Part shown: positions 38,402 through 48,310 of the stretch, in pieces
Layout: each line of letters opens with the position of its first letter
How positions within the stretch are numbered: the stretch's first letter is position 1
Source of the DNA: Erysipelotrichales bacterium
Lineage (GTDB): Bacteria; Bacillota_I; Bacilli_A; Acholeplasmatales; WRBM01
Direction of reading: 5' to 3'
Length of the DNA: 64,000 bases
NCBI GenBank assembly: GCA_009784525.1
Contig: WRBM01000005.1
Location: forward strand, 5,509-69,508
Made by a program: the position numbers and the translations under genes
The notes under the pieces: model-generated
What the model was told of the DNA's origin: nothing
Seen by the model: only the letters and a program-made list of their open reading frames with translations
The model's database searches: none

Positions 38402-39635
38402 TATGACCACCAATCTGTTTATTCCTGATTCTTTGCATCGCTTTTGGACCAGAACTTTCCGCTTTATTAATTATGTCTCTGCCATAACGACTTTTTATTT
38501 TTAATATCGTTTCTGCTAGTGTTCTTTCTTTAGACTCTGTTTTTTCATCTTGAAATAAACTTAATTGAATTACTTCCCTTGAAGAAAGATTAGTTACCCT
38601 TACAGCAATCTTACGAATAGGATAATCATCTACAAAATCATAAAAAAGTTCTTTAAAAGCTAACTGGAGGACTTTTTGACTATCTGTCGGATAGTCTAAT
38701 GTCTTCTGTCTGGAAAATCCAGATGCAGTTATTTTATCTGAGTAAATAATAGAAAGCATGATAGTTTTACAAAATAATCTGCCAGCAATCAAATCCAACA
38801 CCAGCACATCTACCATTTCTCTGATGATTAAAGCAGCTTCCCTAACAGGATAATCAGCCGGCAAAACTTGCCCATTTCCAATTGATTTATTACGTGGTTT
38901 ATAATTTTTAATTTCAGAAATTTTAGAATCATTAATTCCATAAGAATGTTCATAGATTTCTAAACCTATTATACCAAATTCTTTTTCTAGTAAAAGTGGA
39001 TTAGTTTTACTAATATCTTCCATTGTAAAAATTCCTAGTTGATTTAGCCTTATTTGCATTCTATAGCCAATACCCCAAAAATCTTCTACTGGCCTTTTCC
39101 GAACTTCAGAAATAAAAAACTCCTGAGTAAGCTCTACAATTCCCTCTGGGGCTTTTTTAGCTAATAAGTCAAGTGCTATTTTCGCTAAAAACATATTAGA
39201 ACCAACGCCGCAAGTAGCCGTGATTTTCGTTTTTTCAAGAACTCTTTTAACAATGGCCTGAGCCATCTGAAAAGCCGTTTTCTTAGCATGTTTCAGATAA
39301 CTGGTTACATCTAGAAATGCTTCGTCTATGCTATAAACATGGATATCTTCTTTACTAATAAATTCCAGATATACCTCATAGATCATCGCTGAATAATCGA
39401 TATATTTTTGCATCTGCGGTTTAGCAAAAGTTATATTAATATCTGTCGGTAATTCAAATATTCTTAAACGAGAAGGCACGCTTCTTTTTTTTAAATACGG
39501 AGTTACAGCTAAAACAATCGACCCCTCACCCCGACTTTTATCTGCCACAACAAGCGCCGTTTCAAAAGGATCTAAGTTTCTTAATGCGCATTCAACAGAG
39601 GCGTAAAAACTTTTTAAATCAATAGCTAGAATCAC
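38394..39635 (-). CDS. Y-family (translesion) DNA polymerase, UmuC/UvrX/DinB-like
   Basis: MILAIDLKSFYASVECALRNLDP, SIDEAFLDVT and WGIG motifs. Confidence 0.85.
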   Translation of the reverse strand: MILAIDLKSFYASVECALRNLDPFETALVVADKSRGEGSIVLAVTPYLKKRSVPSRLRIFELPTDINITFAKPQMQKYIDYSAMIYEVYLEFISKEDIHVYSIDEAFLDVTSYLKHAKKTAFQMAQAIVKRVLEKTKITATCGVGSNMFLAKIALDLLAKKAPEGIVELTQEFFISEVRKRPVEDFWGIGYRMQIRLNQLGIFTMEDISKTNPLLLEKEFGIIGLEIYEHSYGINDSKISEIKNYKPRNKSIGNGQVLPADYPVREAALIIREMVDVLVLDLIAGRLFCKTIMLSIIYSDKITASGFSRQKTLDYPTDSQKVLQLAFKELFYDFVDDYPIRKIAVRVTNLSSREVIQLSLFQDEKTESKERTLAETILKIKSRYGRDIINKAESSGPKAMQRIRNKQIGGHNE

Positions 39636-39758
39636 AATTCAAATCACCAATTTTATTGTTTTTCACTTTTAATTAATTATTACTAGTTTTAATTCAAACA
39701 ATAGAAAAAGCACCCTTAGTATCTAAATACAAAGAGTGCAATTAATTTTTCATTAGTT

Positions 39759-39968
39759 TTACTTTTTAGATTTCTCTAACCGTTTGTTAAATTTCTCAAC
39801 ACGCCCGTCTGATTGAACAAACGTTTGTTTGCCGGTATAAAAAGGATGACAATTAGCGCATGTATCAACACGGATCTGGTCTAAAACCGAGCCTGTTTCA
39901 AATTCGTTTGCGCAAGTTGTACAAACAACCTTAATTTTTTTGTAGTCCGGATGAATTTCTTTTTTCAT
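39759..39968 (-). CDS. rpmE: 50S ribosomal protein L31 (Zn-binding type A)
   Basis: MKKEIHPDYKKIKVVCTTCANEF...CANCHPFYTG. ATG at 39968 follows GGAGGAGA. The ORF-track N-terminal extension is spurious. Confidence 0.95.
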   Translation of the reverse strand: MKKEIHPDYKKIKVVCTTCANEFETGSVLDQIRVDTCANCHPFYTGKQTFVQSDGRVEKFNKRLEKSKK

Positions 39969-40205
39969 ATTAGGTCTCCTCCCGCATAATTTCTCGTTAT
40001 GGAAAAAATTTCGCATTAATATTATAACATAGAAAAAAACAAAAGCAAGCAAAATATGATAATTATTGAAGAATAGCTGTTATTTAGAGTTTTATTCATC
40101 TTAAATCAAAGATAATTTTTATAATAGTCCTTATTTTAAGGCGAATCTTAGAAAAAATAAATCTGCTTTATAGAAAATTTTGTTTCCTTATATAAAGTAG
40201 ACTAA

Positions 40206-41312
40206 CTATGTATGCAGATATACAGTTCTTAATGCATCATATATTTGATTAATCTGAATAGTCATACTTGTCAATCCGCCAGAAACAAAATACCAAGAAA
40301 CACTATCTAAAGCAAAAACATGATTATTTACAATCGCATCTATACTACCAAATATAATATGATTAGTAATGACATCAACGCTTGTAGAAGCTTCTCCTAC
40401 CGCAAATCCCCTATCGATCCAAAAGATAATACTTGGATTTCGTTCCCTAATATATTCTGGCGAAATCTGAGTTCCGTGTGGATTATCATTTACCCCACTT
40501 CCTGGGTTACCACTTGCTATTCCAGAAACTGATTCAGAAACTCCAAGTTCGCGATGAATTAACGAATATCTTCCACCTGCGCCATGCAAAGCGAGCGAAC
40601 CACCATTCAGCTGAATAATAAGAGCACTAATATTATGCTCATTGTCAAGATAAGTCGCAAGCGAATTTGTTTGTTCTATTTTAATATTTATTAAATCTAG
40701 CCTTGATTGGATTTCAGCTTCTATTTGAAATATTTTACCTAAAATCGATAGATTCTCAGCAAAATCCGCAACAAAATAATTTCCACCAGTTCTAAGCCCT
40801 AAATCAATTGTCGGCGCAATAGCCCAAAGTCTTGAAAAATTGCTATCAGCCGCAACACTTCTTTGGCGACCAGACATAATAATTAAATCACCATTTTCAT
40901 GTGAAATTCCTAACCTGGTCAACGTATCCCAACATGGATCATGTGGTCGACTGTCACCTACATCTGGTAATGCAGTTGCACCGCTTGTCGGAAAAGCTGA
41001 TTGCAAATATTCTGGCATAGCCATATGAGCAATACCTACGACTCTCTCATGCAAATTCAATTCTAGTAAAATATCTAAAACAGCATGTTCAAAAACAATA
41101 ATACGTTTTGGATTAACTGGTATCTGCAACATTCTCTCTGGTCGCCTTGAAGGTGTTCCAGCAGCTAATGAGGCATGCTGAGCAGCATGAATAGCATACC
41201 ATCGTTCATTACTTATTTCAATCGTATCTCCTTTATATTCATTACCACCGCTAAAACAAGCAGTAAGTGCAAAGAAAAATGCACTAATTAATATCAAACC
41301 TAATTTTTTCAT
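40206..41312 (-). CDS. ABC transporter substrate-binding lipoprotein (iron-siderophore/FecB-type)
   Basis: Start at MKKLGLILISAFFFALTAC (lipobox LTAC) after GGAGAGAAG. Last gene of the FecCD/FecE-type operon. Confidence 0.7.
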   Translation of the reverse strand: MKKLGLILISAFFFALTACFSGGNEYKGDTIEISNERWYAIHAAQHASLAAGTPSRRPERMLQIPVNPKRIIVFEHAVLDILLELNLHERVVGIAHMAMPEYLQSAFPTSGATALPDVGDSRPHDPCWDTLTRLGISHENGDLIIMSGRQRSVAADSNFSRLWAIAPTIDLGLRTGGNYFVADFAENLSILGKIFQIEAEIQSRLDLINIKIEQTNSLATYLDNEHNISALIIQLNGGSLALHGAGGRYSLIHRELGVSESVSGIASGNPGSGVNDNPHGTQISPEYIRERNPSIIFWIDRGFAVGEASTSVDVITNHIIFGSIDAIVNNHVFALDSVSWYFVSGGLTSMTIQINQIYDALRTVYLHT

Positions 41313-41331
41313 ATCTTCTCTCCTTATATTT

Positions 41332-42087
41332 TTATTGATATATACATATTTTATTGCCGTGAGCGTCAATAATTTGACAATTAACATCAAAAACATTTTT
41401 TATTGCACACTCGCACATTATCTCTTTAGGTGCTCCTTTTAAAACTATTTTTCCCTCCTTCATAGCTATTATTTCATCAGAATAACATGATGCAAAATTT
41501 ATATCATGCAAAACTATGATAATCGTTTTATTTAGCTTATCTACAAGTTTTCTCAGTGTTACCATAATATCTTTTGAATGCTTCATATCCAGATTATTTA
41601 AAGGCTCATCGAGAAAAATATAATCTGTATCTTGAGCGACTGTCATCGCAATAAAAGCCCTTTGTCTTTGGCCACCACTTAATTGGTCAATGTATTTGTG
41701 TTGCATATCTTCTAAAGACAACCATTTTAAGGCTTCGTCGATTTTTTGATTATCAGCGTTTGTTAAACGACCTTTATTATGGGGATAACGACCAAAAGCT
41801 ACTAATTCCCTAACTGTTAACCGGATATTTAAATTATTTGCTTGTTTTAGTACCGCAACCTTTATTGCGATTTCACTGTTTTTATATTTATCTAGTGCAT
41901 TGTTCTCTAAAAAAATATCTCCGGTATCTTGTTTAATAAATCTCGCAATAATTCCTAAAAGTGTAGATTTTCCTGCCCCATTTGCGCCAACAAGACTAGT
42001 TATTTTACCCTTTTTAATTTCAGCACTAACATCATCTAAAACTAATTTTTTATTGTAAGTTTTCGTTATATTTTTTATATTAATCAT
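41332..42087 (-). CDS. iron-siderophore-type ABC transporter ATP-binding protein
   Basis: Walker A GANGAGKST, signature LSGGQRQR, Walker B IFLDEP. Confidence 0.9.
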   Translation of the reverse strand: MINIKNITKTYNKKLVLDDVSAEIKKGKITSLVGANGAGKSTLLGIIARFIKQDTGDIFLENNALDKYKNSEIAIKVAVLKQANNLNIRLTVRELVAFGRYPHNKGRLTNADNQKIDEALKWLSLEDMQHKYIDQLSGGQRQRAFIAMTVAQDTDYIFLDEPLNNLDMKHSKDIMVTLRKLVDKLNKTIIIVLHDINFASCYSDEIIAMKEGKIVLKGAPKEIMCECAIKNVFDVNCQIIDAHGNKICIYQ

Positions 42088-43088
42088 ACCTTCTGACCTC
42101 TTTGTTTTAATAATAAGAAAATAAAATAAATTCCACCGATAAAATTTATTAATATCGAAAGATTTATTGGAAAATTTAAACCCCTTGAAACTAAATATTG
42201 GCCTCCGATTAAAGCAATTCCAGAGATAAGTATGCTTGCAGGTATTATATAAATATGTTTATAAGTTTTCATAAAATGATAAGAAATGTTTGCTACTAAA
42301 ATCCCCAGAAACATCACAGGTCCTACAAGCGCCGTAGAAATAGAAACCAATATACTTACAATTATTAAAATTCGAATTGAAATTATTTTATAGTTTACAC
42401 CAAGCCCGATAGCTATTTCTCTTCCTAAAGACATTGCGTCTAATTGTCTTGGTGCTGGAATTGCAAGTAATGTTAAGGTAATCATTATTGCTGAAATCAC
42501 AATCAAGTTAACATTAGGAGCATGAAAAGTTGCGAACATTCGTGATTGGATGAACATAAACTCATCAGGATTGATCATTAGCTGCATATACGTTGTCATA
42601 CTTGAGAACATTGTGCCTAACACTATACCCAATAATAATAAGAAATATAAATTATTGGATTTACCATTTCCTTTAAATAATGGAAAAAAAATTACTAAAG
42701 AAAAAATTATCATAATAAATACAGACAAAAGAAAATTTGGCACTCCAGTTATGAAATAATGACCCGAACTCAAAAAGAAAACAATGCCCGTCTGAATAAA
42801 CATATATATATTTTCAAATCCTAAAACGCCTGGTGAAAGAATACGGGTATTGGTTAGAGTTTGAAAAACAACTGAACTATATCCAACAGCAACCGCAATT
42901 AAAATAATTGCTAAAATTCTACTTAATCTTAACGGAAATATAATATCAGGACGTGGTCCAAGGTTCATAAATAAATAGCTTAAACTGATGATTATTAAAA
43001 TAGTAGCCATAATAATCAAAGTAATTCGTGGGTTACCTTTCTTAATATTATCTTGATAAAATGTTTCTTTTATTAAACTAGATTGCAT
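42084..43088 (-). CDS. FecCD-family ABC permease
   Basis: 334-aa polytopic membrane protein with FecCD-like helices. 4-nt overlap with the ATPase gene. Confidence 0.8.
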   Translation of the reverse strand: MQSSLIKETFYQDNIKKGNPRITLIIMATILIIISLSYLFMNLGPRPDIIFPLRLSRILAIILIAVAVGYSSVVFQTLTNTRILSPGVLGFENIYMFIQTGIVFFLSSGHYFITGVPNFLLSVFIMIIFSLVIFFPLFKGNGKSNNLYFLLLLGIVLGTMFSSMTTYMQLMINPDEFMFIQSRMFATFHAPNVNLIVISAIMITLTLLAIPAPRQLDAMSLGREIAIGLGVNYKIISIRILIIVSILVSISTALVGPVMFLGILVANISYHFMKTYKHIYIIPASILISGIALIGGQYLVSRGLNFPINLSILINFIGGIYFIFLLLKQRGQKV

Positions 43089-43911
43089 GCTTTCTTCCCC
43101 TTATAAGTAAAACAATAAAAATTGCTGCTCCAATTATACCAACTACTAAGCTGACTGGTATTTCATAAGGAAATATAATAAGTCTAGCTAACACATCACA
43201 AATTAATAAAAATAAACCTCCCGCAAGTGCTGTAACTGGCAAAGTCCGTTTTACATTGTCACCTAAAAAAATAGTAACAATATTTGGCACTATCAAACCT
43301 AAAAAAGGTATTACTCCCGCAACTAATAATACAAGTGTAGTAATCATCGCAACAATTACCAAACCAATATTTATAGTCAATCGATAATTAAGTCCTAAGT
43401 TTTTGGCAAAATCCTCTCCTACACCAGCAATCATAAATCGATTTGCATAAATATAAGCAATAATAATTAACGGAATTGTCAAAAAGATAATTTCATAATG
43501 TCCAGATAAGACTAATGAAAAATCGCCAATCATTAATGTAACAGCATTTTGAACCATATCCATTTGCATAGCAATAAAAAGTGCTACACTGCCAATTATG
43601 CCGCCATAAATAATTCCAATCAATGGCACAAGTGTTGAATTCTTTATCTTTATACGCTCCAACATTAAGATAAAAACTAAAGTTGTTAGCATCGTAAATA
43701 CAAAAGCAAAAATTCCCATTAAAAACATTCCTGCAGCCGGAATAAGCAATAGTGATAAAATAATTCCTAGTCTAGCACCCTCAAGTGTTCCCGCTGTAGT
43801 CGGAGAAACGAATTTGTTATTAGTTAAACTTTGCATTATCAATCCAGCTATGCTCAGACCAATTCCCGCAGTTAGAACCGCAAGGGTTCGCGGAATTCGG
43901 CTATGCCACAA
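43078..43911 (-). CDS. FecCD-family ABC permease (true start probably upstream, about 44094-44103)
   Basis: RIPRTLAVLTAGIGLSIAG is the conserved FecCD motif that normally follows a first TM helix. That helix (KWFIALLIILLITVSIVSLFVGVY) is in frame upstream of the TTG at 43911 but has no ATG/GTG/TTG. Confidence 0.75.
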   Translation of the reverse strand: MWHSRIPRTLAVLTAGIGLSIAGLIMQSLTNNKFVSPTTAGTLEGARLGIILSLLLIPAAGMFLMGIFAFVFTMLTTLVFILMLERIKIKNSTLVPLIGIIYGGIIGSVALFIAMQMDMVQNAVTLMIGDFSLVLSGHYEIIFLTIPLIIIAYIYANRFMIAGVGEDFAKNLGLNYRLTINIGLVIVAMITTLVLLVAGVIPFLGLIVPNIVTIFLGDNVKRTLPVTALAGGLFLLICDVLARLIIFPYEIPVSLVVGIIGAAIFIVLLIRGRKHAI

Positions 43912-44122
43912 AACAGTCCTTGCGGATTCTCCAACATTATTCTGCAGGAAAAGATCAAACAGAGAAAATCTATAAACTCCTACAAATAATGAAACTATCG
44001 AAACAGTTATTAAGAGAATTATTAATAAAGCAATAAACCATTTATTTAGCCTAAGACTTATCCTACTCTTAATTTGAGTTGACTTTTGATTAATAGAATT
44101 CAGATTACCACCAGCCTCTAAT

Positions 44123-44176
44123 AGTTAGCCTGAGCTAACTTTGTGATTAAAAATAAAGTTAGCCTTCGCCAACTTT
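44123..44176 (-). promoter_or_regulatory. two tandem palindromic operator-like sites upstream of the iron ABC operon
   Basis: AGTTAGC-ctga-GCTAACT (44123-44140, perfect) and AAAGTTAGC-cttc-GCCAACTTT (44155-44176, one mismatch) share the half-site AGTTAGC. They lie between the putative promoter and the RBS. Confidence 0.5.
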
Positions 44177-44179
44177 AAT

Positions 44180-44207
44180 AGTTTATCATAATTATTTTTT
44201 TTGTCAA
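44180..44207 (-). promoter_or_regulatory. putative promoter of the iron ABC operon
   Basis: Minus strand reads TTGACA (44202-44207), a 16-nt spacer, then TAAACT (44180-44185). The -10 element is weak. Confidence 0.4.
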
Positions 44208-44273
44208 CACTTTTTTGTTCTGTGTTAATAATTAATAGAAATGTTACCGATTTTTTTAAAAAATTAAGTGAAA

Positions 44274-45527
44274 CTAAATTATCTGAATATTTGCCCCAAC
44301 CGCTGATAACTTTTTATAAAGGTTACTATAACCGCGTTCCATATAATCAATATTTTCCACTATTGTTTGAAATTTTGCGGCTAAGCCGGCAAAAACCAAC
44401 GATGCACAGCCCCTTAAATCTTTAGCAATCACCGTGTTACCAATAAAATCGCGTCCCCCTGTAATCTTTACCGAATCATCAACTATCTCGTTTTTACAGT
44501 TAAGTTTATTTAATTCAATAAAACTCTCAAAACGATTTTCAAAGATAGTTTCAGTAATAACTGAATCGCCATCACCTTTCATCAAAAGCACACCTAAAAT
44601 CTGAGCAATATCAGTTGGCACACCTGGATATTCTTCTGTCACAATATCTAAAGCCTTCACCGTTGATTTTCTAGCAATAATTTCTGTATCACTTATTTCC
44701 AAATCAGCACCATGAGCTTTTAAAAGATCAATTAATTTCTTTATGTGACTATAATTTAAGTTCGTAACTTTTATTTCTCCAGTTAAAAGACCTAAAATTA
44801 CATAACTCATTGCTTCGATTCTATCGGGAACAACCGAATAAGAAATATCATCAACGTTAAGAATTTTTTCCATGCCTTCAATATGAATATCATTTTGAAT
44901 ACGTAAGACCTTAAAGCCAAGCACATTCATAAAACCGATCAAATCATCAATCTCCGGCTCTAAAGCTGCATTCTTAATCACAGATAAGCCTTCTGCATAA
45001 CAAGCCGCATAAATTAAATTCATTGTTGCGCCAACTGACTTGCGTGGAAAGTTAATTTCTGAAGCAATCAATTTTTCCGCTTTTAAGATAATCGTGCTTC
45101 CAGAGAAATCAACATCAGCTCCTAAAGCTTTAAAGCCCTCTAGATGATAATCAACTGGTCTGGTGCCAATTTTACAACCTCCAGGCATACTTATCGTTAG
45201 TTGTTTATACCTGCCAAGCATTACTCCCATTAAATAATAAGAAGCCCTAAAACTTTCTACCAATGGCGTTACAACTTCAAGATTTGTTATTTCTCGGCTG
45301 TGGATTGTGAGTTTTGCGGCACTTTTTTCATAAAAATAATCGATTTCCAGATAATCAAAAATTTCCAGAAAGCTTTTGATGTCAGAAATATTAGGAACAT
45401 TTTCAAAGGTAACCTTTCCATTAACCATTAGTGCGGCTGGCAAAAGCGCTAAAACACTGTTTTTAGCACCATCTATCTTAATTTCGCCCTTTAACTCGTT
45501 TCCGCCTATAATTATTGCTTTTTTCAA
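44274..45527 (-). CDS. murA: UDP-N-acetylglucosamine 1-carboxyvinyltransferase
   Basis: IDGAKNSVLALLPAAL and the active-site PGGCKIGTRPVD motif. 417 aa. Confidence 0.95.
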   Translation of the reverse strand: MKKAIIIGGNELKGEIKIDGAKNSVLALLPAALMVNGKVTFENVPNISDIKSFLEIFDYLEIDYFYEKSAAKLTIHSREITNLEVVTPLVESFRASYYLMGVMLGRYKQLTISMPGGCKIGTRPVDYHLEGFKALGADVDFSGSTIILKAEKLIASEINFPRKSVGATMNLIYAACYAEGLSVIKNAALEPEIDDLIGFMNVLGFKVLRIQNDIHIEGMEKILNVDDISYSVVPDRIEAMSYVILGLLTGEIKVTNLNYSHIKKLIDLLKAHGADLEISDTEIIARKSTVKALDIVTEEYPGVPTDIAQILGVLLMKGDGDSVITETIFENRFESFIELNKLNCKNEIVDDSVKITGGRDFIGNTVIAKDLRGCASLVFAGLAAKFQTIVENIDYMERGYSNLYKKLSAVGANIQII

Positions 45528-45648
45528 TTAATATCATCCTCATCTAAATATATTACGAAAAATAATATATATGAATTTAATTGATATTGCTTTTTTCAAC
45601 ATAATTTTGACATTCTTTCTTTTATAATCTTAAAAGAGGCGATTTAAT

Positions 45649-47853
45649 TTGAAAAAAATCTTAATGAAAAAAATGATAATTCTGGCATTTTTAACAATTC
45701 TGCCATTTTTTGCCTTAAATTTTTACTCATTTGGACTTCTTTATACTATTTCAATTGTTTTAGTGCTTTTTTATAGTTTAATAGATTATCGATATCCTTT
45801 TTTATTTTTTCCAGCAATCTTAGTTTTTCGGGATATCTATCCATTGTCTTTAGCAATTTTAACTTTTGCATGTGGATTATCAGTTATTTTAAGAATGTAT
45901 TACCTTAAAGACCGCACTAAAATGATTTTTTCCACGATTGTTTCTGTGATCATTCTAAACTTTATCCAGATGCTTTTCCTTGGGGAGATCGATTTATTGA
46001 TTCTTTTTATCACAACAGCACTCTCTGGAGTCTTGATGTTTGGCTTTATTTATGCGACTGAAATCTATCAGTCAGGCAAAGATATTCAATATCGGATTAA
46101 TAATCACTATTTATTACATTTATTGCTTTCAATGATTTTAGTTATCGGCTCTATTGGCCTACCTTTATTACCAGAGCTAACTTTTTTTGTAATATTAATT
46201 GTAATTCTTTACTTTTCCTTTTATGAAAAGCCAGAAGCTGCTTTTATTTTCAGTATTCTTGGGCTTGGAGCTTACTTTTACTACTTTGAATCTCCGGAAA
46301 TTTCTTTGCTTTTTCCATTAGCAGCCTTGATTTTCTATCGAAAGCATTTCTTTACTGGTTATATAGCGGCTCTCTTATTAGTAGTTGATTTTTTCTTATT
46401 CAGCTTTATTCCTGAAGATTATGCTTTAATCTCAGTTGGCGCAATCATGCTTTTTGAGATTATCAAACCAATTTTAAATTTATTTCCTTTATTTCATCAC
46501 AATGATGAATTACTGCCTATCAGTGAAAATCTAATCAATAATTTTTCAGATCAAATTTTAAAATTTGCTTCATTTCTTGATGACTTTGCGAAGAATTTCA
46601 TTCAGCCAATCGACGAAAAGGCAAAAATCAACGAAGCTTTTTCAACACTTACTAATACTTATTGTTATAAGTGTCCAACGAGATTTAATTGTTTTGGTAA
46701 AGCAAAATCTGAAACTTATCTTTTTCTGAAAAACTGTCTTTTACATGGACAAAACATTCATATCAAAAAAAATCAGGAAATACATGAGTTTATGCGCCAC
46801 TGTCAATATTCAGAAGTTATCATTGACAAAGCCCATGCTTTAAAGAATAAATATAATCTATTTAAATCTTATGGCACCTTTGAAAAGACACTTGAAACCC
46901 AATTGACAGGAGTATCTAATACCTTGCGTCAGTATGTAGTTGATCTTTCCATGAAGGAAGAAATTGCTATCTTTAAATTTTCCAAACTTAAGAATCAATT
47001 GTCTTTGCTTGGCTATCAACTAATCCTTTATAACATAAAAAAAGCCTTCTTCGATGACTTCTGGTTAGAAATAGGCATAGAAAATGTTGATGAGTTACAA
47101 GTAAAGACCATTGTTAAGAATCTTATTACAGAAACTTTAAAAACTGATGTTTCTATAGAAATAAAGAAAACCCAAGCCTCTTCAGTTCTTTATTTTTCAG
47201 TAATACCTAAACTTAAACTACACATTAGTTATGGCTATGGCTCCTTAGCTAAAGATAATCTCTCGATTAAAGGTGATAACTATTTAATTAAAGATTTAGA
47301 AAACGGCACCTTTATTAGTGCTATTTCTGATGGAATGGGCTCTGGTTATAAAGCCTATACTGAATCAAAGCTTACAATCGGTATGATTGATAAAATTACT
47401 GAATTTGAAATCAACACTTCTACTTCTTTAAATATTTTGAATACCTTCTATTCTTTAAAAGATTCATTCGATCATTATGCAACCCTAGATCTTTTAGAGA
47501 TAAATAAATCTTCAAGGGAGGCTGTTCTTTATAAAATGGGCTCAACTAATACTTATGTTGCTCAAGGCAATGAAGTAAAAACAATAGTTAACACAAATTT
47601 GCCTTTTGGTATTAGTGACCTAATTAAATATGACAAATTAACTTTACATGATCAAGATTTGATTGTTATGGCAACTGACGGCATCGTTGATAACTTGCGC
47701 GAAGACCTACTAAAAGAAACACTACGTATTTCCAAGCATAAAGAGCCGCAACAAATTGTTTGTGATATTTTAACTTTAGTAAATCGCGAACATAATAATA
47801 GCATTAAAGACGATATGACAATCGTTGTTTTAAAGGCTGAGGAAAGATATTAG
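45649..47853 (+). CDS. spoIIE: stage II sporulation protein E (membrane PP2C phosphatase)
   Basis: About 10 N-terminal TM helices plus a C-terminal PP2C domain (AISDGMGSG, MATDGIVDN). Conserved neighbourhood with tilS-hpt-ftsH. TTG start after AAGAGG. Confidence 0.85.
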   Translation: MKKILMKKMIILAFLTILPFFALNFYSFGLLYTISIVLVLFYSLIDYRYPFLFFPAILVFRDIYPLSLAILTFACGLSVILRMYYLKDRTKMIFSTIVSVIILNFIQMLFLGEIDLLILFITTALSGVLMFGFIYATEIYQSGKDIQYRINNHYLLHLLLSMILVIGSIGLPLLPELTFFVILIVILYFSFYEKPEAAFIFSILGLGAYFYYFESPEISLLFPLAALIFYRKHFFTGYIAALLLVVDFFLFSFIPEDYALISVGAIMLFEIIKPILNLFPLFHHNDELLPISENLINNFSDQILKFASFLDDFAKNFIQPIDEKAKINEAFSTLTNTYCYKCPTRFNCFGKAKSETYLFLKNCLLHGQNIHIKKNQEIHEFMRHCQYSEVIIDKAHALKNKYNLFKSYGTFEKTLETQLTGVSNTLRQYVVDLSMKEEIAIFKFSKLKNQLSLLGYQLILYNIKKAFFDDFWLEIGIENVDELQVKTIVKNLITETLKTDVSIEIKKTQASSVLYFSVIPKLKLHISYGYGSLAKDNLSIKGDNYLIKDLENGTFISAISDGMGSGYKAYTESKLTIGMIDKITEFEINTSTSLNILNTFYSLKDSFDHYATLDLLEINKSSREAVLYKMGSTNTYVAQGNEVKTIVNTNLPFGISDLIKYDKLTLHDQDLIVMATDGIVDNLREDLLKETLRISKHKEPQQIVCDILTLVNREHNNSIKDDMTIVVLKAEERY

Positions 47854-47930
47854 TTTCAGTTAGATATCCTAATGCAGGAAGCGAGAATGTTGGGCTTCTT
47901 AATCGAGGCGAAAAAATGAGTTTTCTAACG

Positions 47931-48144
47931 ATGAAATACAACTTAAAACTATCTATGGAAGAAAGATTATTACTTAAATTTCTCTGTTAAATCTCTAAAA
48001 AATATCTATAACAGCTCTTTATATGAATTAAAACAACAATTCTTCAAAAGACAAGAATATCTTTCTTCAGACTTTGAACTAAATAGTATTTTGAAATCAA
48101 AAGAGAACTCTAGATTTTCTAATACCTATATATGTAGCATCTAA
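47931..48144 (+). pseudogene. degenerate N-terminal fragment of a TnpB / IS200-IS605 OrfB-like gene
   Basis: With one frameshift it reads MKYNLKLSMEERLLLK/SVKSLKNIYNSSLYELKQQFFKRQEYLSSDFELNSILKSKENSRFSNTY. This matches the usual TnpB N-terminal pattern (Y.hKh....E..LL.K......hYN..L......) and then stops. Confidence 0.4.
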
Positions 48145-48310
48145 ACGCCCACGGTAATATGAGACGTAATTCAAAGCTTGAGAAATAGCGGTCTAACAGT
48201 AGCTATAAAATTACAGGTAACACTTGAAAAGAAGCGCAATGTTTCTTTAAAGTGAATTTATTTCGCTTTTGTTCCAATTTAGTGATACAATATATGTTGG
48301 TGATAATTTC

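Noticed and set aside
45600-45648. Spo0A-box-like TTTGACA and a promoter for spoIIE.
   Set aside because: TTGACA and TATAAT are only 10 nt apart, so this is not a functional sigma-A spacing. The 0A-box match has a mismatch. The call is too speculative.
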